Under the pieces are notes generated by a model that was given only the letters and a program-made list of their open reading frames with translations, was not told the DNA's origin and made no database searches. From NCBI GenBank assembly GCA_016930215.1, contig JAFGHH010000090.1:1-50768 (forward strand): a stretch of DNA of 50,768 nucleotides. Direction: 5' to 3'. The translations under genes were made by a program, and so were the position numbers. Origin of the DNA: Deltaproteobacteria bacterium (lineage in GTDB: Bacteria > Myxococcota_A > Polyangia > DRWM01 > JAAZOP01). Positions 23,929 to 30,972 of the stretch are shown piece by piece (positions within the stretch are counted from its first letter, which is position 1; each line of letters opens with the position of its first letter).

Positions 23929-25004
23929 TCTTCCTGGTCGCGGTGGCCTCGATCTCGGTGTCCTTGTGGTCGATCTTCCGCAAGGAGCGCCCCCGGACCG
24001 GAGCGACGGTCGATTCGGCGACGGCCCGGGCGGCGGCGGAGCGGCTGGCCCAGGCGCTCCGGACCCGGGGCGGCGACGACCCGGCGCAGTTCGGCATCGT
24101 GCTCCTGCGCGACAACCTCTGGCTCGCCTCGCGCTTCGACGGCGTCCCGCTCGCGGGACGCTCCTGCGAGAAGAGCGCGCGCGGCCTGTTCCACGTGCAC
24201 ACCGGCCGGCACCGGGTCGAGACGCGGGTCGGCGACCGCGACGCGGTCCACGACTTCCTGGTCCGCGGGCGGGAGGTCTACATCCGACGCCTGGACCCCG
24301 AGCAATGCGCCTTCGTCCCGGTAGAGCCCGCGGTCCGGGCGCGGTTCCTCGAGCTGGCCGGATTCGGTCTCGACGAGGAGGGCGCGGCGATGCGCGGCGC
24401 GCTGTACGACTACCTCGGCGTGCGGATGCAGCGCGACTGGCCCGAGACGGCAGCGGTGCTCCCGGAGGTGCGCGCCGGGTTGGAGCAACTGCTGGCCCGG
24501 GTCGAGGCCGGTGAGCCGCCGGAGGATCTGCTGCCGGCCGCGCGGGCCCTCGGCGAGCGACTGATCGGACTGCCGCTCGGACTGCGGGCCCTGGGCGACC
24601 TCGCCGGCCTGGCGGGCGGCCGGATCTCGGGGACGGCGGCCAGGGAGGTGGTCGGCGGCAAGCCGCCGCGCCGGGCGCTCGGCGCCACCGAATTGGCGCT
24701 CGCCGTGCTGCCGAGCGAGCCCTCGCTGCTCGACCTGCGGGCCAACCTGCTGTCCGACGCCGGTCGACCGGAGGACGCCCTGCCGGTCGTCGAGGAGGCG
24801 CTGGCCGACCTGCAGCCCGGCGAGGAGGAGCCGGCGAAGAGGCTGCGCGCGACCCGGGCCGAGACGCTGGCGCGGATGGGGCGCCACGACGAGGCGCGGG
24901 CGGAGCTGGAGCTGCTGCTCCTCCGGTACCCGATCGACGCGCACGTGGCCGAGGTCATCGAGCAGGTGAAGCGGTTGCGGACCGTCCAGGACCGCGACAG
25001 CTAG
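23916..25004 (+). CDS. membrane-anchored hypothetical protein with helical-repeat C-terminus
   Basis: The ATG at 23916 is in frame with ORF 23739..25004 and overlaps the activator gene by 13 nt. N-terminal [23 protein letters not shown]. The C-terminus (RPEDALPVVEEALADL...MGRHDEARAELELLLLRYP) is TPR-like. Confidence 0.7.
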   Translation: MEALIFLVAVASISVSLWSIFRKERPRTGATVDSATARAAAERLAQALRTRGGDDPAQFGIVLLRDNLWLASRFDGVPLAGRSCEKSARGLFHVHTGRHRVETRVGDRDAVHDFLVRGREVYIRRLDPEQCAFVPVEPAVRARFLELAGFGLDEEGAAMRGALYDYLGVRMQRDWPETAAVLPEVRAGLEQLLARVEAGEPPEDLLPAARALGERLIGLPLGLRALGDLAGLAGGRISGTAAREVVGGKPPRRALGATELALAVLPSEPSLLDLRANLLSDAGRPEDALPVVEEALADLQPGEEEPAKRLRATRAETLARMGRHDEARAELELLLLRYPIDAHVAEVIEQVKRLRTVQDRDS

Positions 25005-27772
25005 AACGACCCCTTGAGTCCCAGTGCGGGGAGGATCGGCAGGCCGTGGACGTCGGTGCGCCGCGTGTAGTCGTGGTTGTAGCCCACGGCCTCCACGTTG
25101 TAGTGGAAGTAGACGTTCTGGACGTCGAGGTACACCGACAGCTTGAACACGTCCCAGTCGAACGTCTTGTCGACCCGCAGGTCGAGCTGATGGAACCAGG
25201 GCAGTCGCTGCGAGTTCGACGCTCCTTCGATCGGCAGGTACTGGTCGCAGTCGCCGTCGAAGATCGAGCCGACCACGGGGGTGTACGGGTAGCCCTGGGC
25301 GACGCGGAAGCGCAGGCCGACGTTCCAGCCCTTGCCGAGGTCGACCGACCCGAGCAGCGTCAGGTTGAGCCGCTGGTCGAACTCGGACGCCTTCCACGGC
25401 CCGCCCTCGTCCCGCCGCTCCGAGCGCAGGATCGTCACGGCGATCCAGCCGAAGAACCAGTCGTCCGGCTCGTAGCGCGCCAGGATCTCGGCGCCGTAGA
25501 CGCGCCCGTACGAATCGTTGTCGAAGTTCTCGGCCACGAGCCGCCCGTCGCGCTCGACCTCGTCGCCGCTCTGGCGAATCAGCTGGTCGAGCTGCTTGTA
25601 GAACAGGTCGACCGAGATGTTGATGTGGTCGGTGAGGTCCTGCTCGACGCCGAGGCCGTACTGGTACGAGCGCTGGAGCGTGAGGTCCGGGTTCCCGGTG
25701 TCGTCGCTCGACTCCTGCGGCGAGGAGCCCTGGGAGTAGAGGCCGAGCCCGCCCTTGAGCGTGGTGCCCTCGAGGATCTGGTAGCGCACGTTGAGCCGCG
25801 GTTCGATCGCCGTGCGCTTGCCGTCGGTGTCGATGTCGAAGCGGATGCCGGGGATCAGCCGCAGCCCGTCCACGGGCCGCAGCTCGGTCTCGAGGAAGAA
25901 GCCGGGCCAGAAGTTCCAGCCCGTGCTGTCGACCTCGAGCTTCTCGTGGCCGCACAGCGGCGGGCCGCCGGTGGAGCCCATCCCGAACACGTCGGGGAGG
26001 CGGGCGCGCGCGCGGTACCACTGCATCCCGCTGTCGACTCCCAGCGTGACCTGCAGCGCCTCGCCCCAGCGGAACGTGAACTCCTCGCGGAGCTGGATCG
26101 GGGCCATGTGGTAGGTCACGTCGAACAGGTCGCCCATCTCGAACCGGATGATGTTGTACCCGACGGCCAGCATCATCCGGTTCTCCATCTCCGCCGAGAT
26201 CCGCCGGTTCCACTCGGTCTGCAGCCGGTGGAAGCCGAGGCCCATCACCGCGGCGCCCTGGATCGTCGGGTCGCCCTGCACCGGCTCGCCGAACAGGAAC
26301 GCGATCGAGTCGTCCGAGCCGTACAGGAAGAACCGCAGCCGGTCGTCGTCGGAGGGCTCCCAGTCCGCCAGCAGCTGGTAGTCCCAGTAGACCGGCGCGG
26401 CGGTGATCGACAGGTCCTCCTCGTCGACGAACAGCGGCAGGATCGCCGGCAGCGTGGCATCGATCCACGAGCGGCGGACCGACCCGGCGATCGAGGCGTT
26501 GGCGGCCAGCGGACCCTCGACCAGCGCCCCGCCGTCCACCAGGTTCAGGTCGACGTACCCGGTCCAGTGCTCGCGGTTCGGCACGCGCGGCGAGACCTCG
26601 ATCACCCCGCCGAGGGCCCCGGTGTGACGCACCGAGTAGTTGCCGGGGTAGTAGTCGATGCGGTCCAGCAGGTCGCCGTTGACCGCCGAGCGGAAGGCGC
26701 CGAAGTGGTAGACCAGCGGGATGCTGACGCCGTCGAGGTAGTACAGCGTGTTGCCGGGGTTCGAGCCGCGGATCACCACCATCCCGCTGCCGAAGATCGG
26801 CCGGGCGATCCCGGGCATGTTCTGGATCGCGTTCAGCGCGTCGCCGGCCGAGCCCGGGGCGAGCGCCATCTCGCGCGTCTCGATCGTGCGACGCGTCACC
26901 TCGCGCGGAGGCCGCTGCGCCCGGATCACCGTCTCGAACGCCGTCGCCAGCCGCTCCTGCTCCAGCCGGTAGCGCACGACCGTCACCTGCCCGGGGACGA
27001 TCTCCTCCTCCGACTCGAACGTCACGAACCCCGCCGCCGACACCCGCAGCCGGTAGCGTCCCGGCGACAGGTCGGTGACCGAGAAATGCCCGCGGGCGTC
27101 CGCGACCGCCACCACCGGCTCGACCAGCGTCTCGCCGGAAACCGACACGGCCGCCTCCTCGATCGAAACATCGTCCAGGTCGAGCACGTCGCCTTCGAGC
27201 GTGACGATCGGCTCCCCGAAATCCTCGGCCGGCGGCAGCTCGCCGGGGCCGGGGCCTTCGCCCGGACCCGGGCCGGGGCCCTGCGGTCCGATCGGCGCGC
27301 CTTCGGGGCCGGGCGCCTCGCCGGGGCCGGGGCCCTCCGCGCCCTCCTCGGGGAGCCGGAACACGTGGCGGTAGACGAACCGCGCCGGGATCGGCACGGC
27401 CCCGCGATACGCCGGCTCGAACGTCGAGCGACGGACGGCGTCGACCGCCGCCTCGTCAAAGCCGTGCCCCTGCGGCTCGAGCACCTCGACGTCGAGCACC
27501 CGGCCTTCGGCGTCGAGCGTCACGCGGCAGGGGACGGTCGCAACGAGGCCGGCGGCGAGCGCTTCGGGAGGGTAGGCCGCCTCCGCGGCGCGCACGAGGC
27601 GCGGCGGCTGCGCGGCGGCGGACGGTGCCGGCGGTTCCCCGGCGGTCGCGGGTTCCCCGGCGGCCGGCGCGGCCCCGGAGTCCGTGGCCGACTGGGCGCG
27701 CGCGGCCGTCGGCGTCGACAGCAAGGTCGTGACGCCGAGGAGCCAGGCCGAGCGCGCGGTCCGAGTGCGCAT
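25001..27772 (-). CDS. TonB-dependent receptor (Oar-like) with N-terminal TonB_C-like domain and carboxypeptidase-regulatory-like domain
   Basis: In frame with ORF 25001..27961, starting at 27772 (MRTRTARSAWLLGVTTLLSTPTAARAQ signal). AYPPEALAAGLVATVPCRVTLDAEGRVLDVEVLEP..FDEAAVDAVRRSTFEPA is TonB_C-like. ARGHFSVTDLSPGRYRLRVSAAGF is CarboxypepD_reg-like. Plug region DALNAIQNMPGI, and a beta-barrel ending ...LGLKGSF. Confidence 0.9.
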   Translation of the reverse strand: MRTRTARSAWLLGVTTLLSTPTAARAQSATDSGAAPAAGEPATAGEPPAPSAAAQPPRLVRAAEAAYPPEALAAGLVATVPCRVTLDAEGRVLDVEVLEPQGHGFDEAAVDAVRRSTFEPAYRGAVPIPARFVYRHVFRLPEEGAEGPGPGEAPGPEGAPIGPQGPGPGPGEGPGPGELPPAEDFGEPIVTLEGDVLDLDDVSIEEAAVSVSGETLVEPVVAVADARGHFSVTDLSPGRYRLRVSAAGFVTFESEEEIVPGQVTVVRYRLEQERLATAFETVIRAQRPPREVTRRTIETREMALAPGSAGDALNAIQNMPGIARPIFGSGMVVIRGSNPGNTLYYLDGVSIPLVYHFGAFRSAVNGDLLDRIDYYPGNYSVRHTGALGGVIEVSPRVPNREHWTGYVDLNLVDGGALVEGPLAANASIAGSVRRSWIDATLPAILPLFVDEEDLSITAAPVYWDYQLLADWEPSDDDRLRFFLYGSDDSIAFLFGEPVQGDPTIQGAAVMGLGFHRLQTEWNRRISAEMENRMMLAVGYNIIRFEMGDLFDVTYHMAPIQLREEFTFRWGEALQVTLGVDSGMQWYRARARLPDVFGMGSTGGPPLCGHEKLEVDSTGWNFWPGFFLETELRPVDGLRLIPGIRFDIDTDGKRTAIEPRLNVRYQILEGTTLKGGLGLYSQGSSPQESSDDTGNPDLTLQRSYQYGLGVEQDLTDHINISVDLFYKQLDQLIRQSGDEVERDGRLVAENFDNDSYGRVYGAEILARYEPDDWFFGWIAVTILRSERRDEGGPWKASEFDQRLNLTLLGSVDLGKGWNVGLRFRVAQGYPYTPVVGSIFDGDCDQYLPIEGASNSQRLPWFHQLDLRVDKTFDWDVFKLSVYLDVQNVYFHYNVEAVGYNHDYTRRTDVHGLPILPALGLKGSF

Positions 27773-27964
27773 GCAGGAAATGGGGTACCAGATGCTCGCA
27801 CCCGAATCCAGCCCGAAGAGGCGAAGCGTCTCGCCGGAAGTCGCGGGTCGGACGCCGCGAGCTTGATCGCCGCGCCGGCGCACGGCAACCTCCGGCTCGC
27901 GGGCCGGAACGACGACCGCCGGGCGGGGGCGGGCCGTCCCGACGGCCGGGAAAGGGAGCATCGG

Positions 27965-28101
27965 ATGGAACAGCCCAGCATTCGTCGCGCGGTGGCTACG
28001 GACGTACCGGCCATCACCGAGCCAACGAGCAGGCCACCTCGTTCTGGAAACGGGTGGGCGGCCGCCCGGTGATGGGGATCTTCCGCCTCGAGGGCTCCTA
28101 G
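27965..28101 (+). pseudogene. internally deleted, frameshifted GNAT acetyltransferase remnant
   Basis: The frame from 27965 reads MEQPSIRRAVATDVPAITE (canonical GNAT N-terminus). A different frame from 28021 reads ANEQATSFWKRVGGRPVMGIFRLEGS*, with the stop at 28099-28101 (canonical GNAT C-terminus, N..A..FY.K.GF). The ~110 aa normally between them are missing. Confidence 0.5.
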
Positions 28102-28949
28102 GAATCCAGGACGAAGCGGTAGGTGTAGTAGATCTGGTAGTCGACCGCCTCGCCGTCGGGGCCGAGCGCGGGGCGGAACTGGAACCGTTCCAGCGCCCGG
28201 CGGGCCGCCTCGCCGAGGCCGAAGCCGGGGTCCTCGAGCACGCGGACGCGGTAGACCGAGCCGTCCTTGCGGATCAGCACCAGCAACCGCACCGCCCCCT
28301 GGATCCCCTCGCGACGCGCCTCCTCGGGGTATTCGGCCCGCACCTCGTCGGCCACCTCGGGCGGCCGCGAGACGTCCTCGGCGGGGCGGAAGACCGGGGC
28401 CCGGGAGCCGGTGCCGGTACCGCCGGTGCCCTCCCCGCCCGAGCCCTGCGGCCTGCGCACGGCGACGGGAGGAGGAGGGGGCGGGGGAGGAGGCGTCTCG
28501 GGCGCCGTGACGTTTTCGGCGCCGACGACGATGACGCCGCTCTGGCCGTCGGGGTTGTCGGCGACGTTGGTGATCTCCCAGTCGGATTCGCCGGCGAAGG
28601 TGCCGTCGGAGATGTCGCCGAAGTCGATCGGCTCGGGCGGCGGCGCCGGCTTCTCGGGCTCGGGCGCCGGCTTCTCGGGCTCGGGCGCCGGCTTCTCGGG
28701 CTCCGCTTCCGGCTCCGGCTCCGCTTCCGGCTCCGCTTCCGGCTCCGGCTCCGGCTCGACCTGCTCGGGCTCGGGCGGCGGCGGCGGGGGCGGCGGCGGC
28801 GGGGGCGGCGGCTTGTCCTCCTCGATGTCGACCTCGACCTCGGACACGTTCTCCTTGTCGCGGCCGGCCTTGGCGTGCGACAGCGCGATGGCGGCGGCGC
28901 CGTGGAGCAGCAGGGCGATGGCGAGGCCGACGACGAGGTTGCGGTTCAC
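28098..28949 (-). CDS. tonB: energy transducer TonB
   Basis: ORF 28098..28949. N-terminal TM, poly-Pro and (EPEKPAP)n spacer, and a C-terminal TonB_C domain (EYPEEARREGIQGAVRLLVLIRKDGSVYRVRVLED...). Confidence 0.9.
   Translation of the reverse strand: MNRNLVVGLAIALLLHGAAAIALSHAKAGRDKENVSEVEVDIEEDKPPPPPPPPPPPPPEPEQVEPEPEPEAEPEAEPEPEAEPEKPAPEPEKPAPEPEKPAPPPEPIDFGDISDGTFAGESDWEITNVADNPDGQSGVIVVGAENVTAPETPPPPPPPPPVAVRRPQGSGGEGTGGTGTGSRAPVFRPAEDVSRPPEVADEVRAEYPEEARREGIQGAVRLLVLIRKDGSVYRVRVLEDPGFGLGEAARRALERFQFRPALGPDGEAVDYQIYYTYRFVLDS
28642..28704. repeat. 21-bp tandem repeat x3 (EPEKPAP) in the tonB spacer, followed by shorter EPEA-type repeats to ~28760
   Basis: ggcgccggcttctcgggctcg is repeated three times head to tail. 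Confidence 0.85.
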
Positions 28950-29383
28950 GGGGCGGCTCCGCCGGCCGCGGCGACCGGCTGGTCGTCGGACTTGATGTTG
29001 AAGGCGAGCCGGGAGATGCCCTGCTTGCGGCAGAGGTCCATCAGCCGCATCACGCGGCGGTACTCGACGCCGCCGTCGGCGGCGATCACCGCGCGGACGT
29101 CGGGCTGCTCGGCCCGGACCTCGCGCAGGCGGAGGACGAGCCGGGATTCCTCGATCGGGCGGCCGTCGAGGTAGATCGTGCCGCGGGCGTCGAGCGAGAT
29201 GGCGAGTGTGGTGACGACCTGCTCGCCGGTGGCGGCCTTGGGCAGGTCCATCGGGATCGACTTGGTGATGATGTAGGTCGCGGTGACGAGGAAGATGATC
29301 AGGATCACCAGCACGACGTCGACGAACGGCGTGATGTTGATGTCGGAGAGCAGCTCGTCGTCGTCGCGCACGGGGCCGGCCAT
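28946..29383 (-). CDS. exbD: biopolymer transport protein ExbD/TolR
   Basis: ORF 28946..29383. DINITPFVDVVLVILIIFLV motif. The stop overlaps the tonB start (ATGA). Confidence 0.9.
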   Translation of the reverse strand: MAGPVRDDDELLSDINITPFVDVVLVILIIFLVTATYIITKSIPMDLPKAATGEQVVTTLAISLDARGTIYLDGRPIEESRLVLRLREVRAEQPDVRAVIAADGGVEYRRVMRLMDLCRKQGISRLAFNIKSDDQPVAAAGGAAP

Positions 29384-29395
29384 CGTCCGCCTCCG

Positions 29396-30061
29396 TCAGT
29401 CCTTGGAGTCCGCGTCCCCGCCGGCCTTGGCGGCGGGGCGGGCCTTGAGGTACCCGAGCAACGTGTGGACGATGACCTGGGTGTCGTTGATCCGCACCTT
29501 GATCCGGCGCTGGAAGTAGTTGAAGGCGACGACCGCGGGAACGGCGACGAGCAGGCCGATCAGGGTGGCGACGAGCGCCTCGGCGATGGCGGACATGACG
29601 CTGGAGCTGGCGCCGGCCTGGAGGTTGCCGCCCAGGTTCCGGAAGGCCTGCATGATCCCGATCACGGTGCCGGCCAGACCGATGAACGGGGCGTTCGAGC
29701 CGACGGTGCCGAGGAACGCGAGGTAGCGGTCGAGCTCCTGGCGCTGGGCGACCTGGGCCGCCTGCATCGCTTCCTCGGCGGCGGCGGGCCCGTCGTGGTA
29801 GCGCGCGAGCCCGGCGCGCAGCACGACGGCCTCGACCGAGCGCAGCTCCTTGAGTGCCGCGCCCAGCTCATCGATGCGCGCTTCGGCGAGGTGGACGTCG
29901 ACCAGCTTCGCCAGTGAAGCGGCATCGCCGCGCCGCTTGTAGAGCGCAATCGCCCGCTCGACCATGATCGTGATCGAGATCACGCTCAGGAACAGCAGCA
30001 GCCACAGCACCCATTCCGCGCCGAGCTCGGTGAAGCGATTGAGGGCTTCGGTGAGACTCAT
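29396..30061 (-). CDS. exbB: MotA/TolQ/ExbB proton-channel protein
   Basis: In frame with ORF 29396..30187. Start at 30061 (MSLTEALNRFTELGAEWVLWLLLFLSVISITIMVER), with GGAGG upstream. C-terminal GTVIGIMQAFRNLG...AIAEALVATLIGLLVAVPAVVAFNYF. Confidence 0.9.
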   Translation of the reverse strand: MSLTEALNRFTELGAEWVLWLLLFLSVISITIMVERAIALYKRRGDAASLAKLVDVHLAEARIDELGAALKELRSVEAVVLRAGLARYHDGPAAAEEAMQAAQVAQRQELDRYLAFLGTVGSNAPFIGLAGTVIGIMQAFRNLGGNLQAGASSSVMSAIAEALVATLIGLLVAVPAVVAFNYFQRRIKVRINDTQVIVHTLLGYLKARPAAKAGGDADSKD

Positions 30062-30157
30062 TCCTGCCTCCGGCGCTCGCGCCGCTCGCCGCCCCGGCTG
30101 CCCGTGCGGCGCCCCCCTCGAACCGCGGAGGCGGAACATACCACGAACGACCGGGCT

Positions 30158-30173
30158 TGGCACCCCGCGCGCG
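30158..30173 (+). promoter_or_regulatory. sigma54-like -24/-12 element TGGCACCCCGCGCGCG (weak -12)
   Basis: TGGCAC at 30158-30163 and GC at 30171-30172, correctly spaced, ~160 nt upstream of hsp20. In this GC-rich DNA a correctly spaced GC is cheap, so support is weak. Confidence 0.2.
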
Positions 30174-30205
30174 GACTCCCCCGGCACCGCGGCAGCTCCC
30201 GGCGC

Positions 30206-30233
30206 TTGACAGCCGGAGGTCGGTGATTAGCTT
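30206..30233 (+). promoter_or_regulatory. sigma70-like promoter candidate TTGACA-N16-TAGCTT upstream of hsp20
   Basis: Perfect -35 ttgaca at 30206-30211 and tagctt at 30228-30233. This would give a ~90-nt leader before the ATG at 30330. Confidence 0.4.
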
Positions 30234-30329
30234 GCGGTTGGTTCGAGATTCGATGCTCCGGCGCCGGGGCAGCGGAAGACAAGGCAAACGAGATGGCGGG
30301 CCGTCGCGCCCGCGCAGAGGAGGTGCATC

Positions 30330-30746
30330 ATGCTCGCTCGTTGGGAACCGTTCCGTGAGTTGGCCAGGGTGTTCGACGATCCGTTCTTCCGTTCGACGGC
30401 CGGCGATGCGTCGTGCCGCTGGTGCCCGGCGGTCGACGTCAGCGAGAGCGAGAAGGAGCTCGTGGTGTCGGCCGACCTGCCCGGCATCGACCCCAAGCAG
30501 GTCGAGATCACGGTGCAGGAGAACATCCTCACGCTGAGCGGGGAGCGCAAGGGAGAGTCGGAGTCGAAGGACGAGTCGTACCACCGCGTGGAGCGCGCGT
30601 ACGGCTCGTTCCAGCGGAGCTTCGTGCTGCCGTCCACCGTGGACGAGACCAAGGTCTCGGCGGAGTACAAGGACGGCGTCCTGCGCGTCCACCTGCCGAA
30701 GCGCGAGGAGGCCAAGCCGCGCAAGATCGACGTCCGGCTCAGCTAG
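30330..30746 (+). CDS. Hsp20/alpha-crystallin small heat-shock protein
   Basis: ORF 30330..30746, with GAGGAGG upstream. ...PAVDVSESEKELVVSADLPGIDPKQVEITVQENILTLSGERK...YGSFQRSFVLPSTVDETKVSAEYKDGVLRVHLPK. Confidence 0.95.
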   Translation: MLARWEPFRELARVFDDPFFRSTAGDASCRWCPAVDVSESEKELVVSADLPGIDPKQVEITVQENILTLSGERKGESESKDESYHRVERAYGSFQRSFVLPSTVDETKVSAEYKDGVLRVHLPKREEAKPRKIDVRLS

Positions 30747-30757
30747 CGGTCCGCCGA

Positions 30758-30793
30758 CGGGACCCGGTTGCAACGGCGACCGACCGGGTCCCG
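30758..30793 (+). terminator. 10-bp perfect GC hairpin just after the hsp20 stop
   Basis: cgggacccgg (30758-30767) pairs with ccgggtcccg (30784-30793). 16-nt loop, no U-tract. Confidence 0.35.
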
Positions 30794-30844
30794 CATCCGC
30801 TCTCCCGTCGCACGCTTCCCTCCACCACGCACGTCCCTCCCCTT

Positions 30845-30875
30845 CCCGGGCCGGGCCGAGCCGACCCGGCCCGGG
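30845..30875. other. 11-bp perfect GC hairpin (cccgggccggg / cccggcccggg, 9-nt loop)
   Basis: Read directly. Lies between the hsp20 terminator region and the promoter at 30883. Confidence 0.5.
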
Positions 30876-30882
30876 TCCGACC

Positions 30883-30911
30883 TTGCCGCCCCGCCGCTCG
30901 AACCGTATAGT
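30883..30911 (+). promoter_or_regulatory. sigma70-like promoter TTGCCG-N17-TATAGT
   Basis: ttgccg at 30883-30888, 17-nt spacer, tatagt at 30906-30911, ~60 nt upstream of the ATG at 30973. Confidence 0.5.
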
Positions 30912-30972
30912 TCGCATGCGGGGAACGACCGTCGCGGAGGTCCACCGGTCGGGCCGGCAGGAGGAGGCAGCC

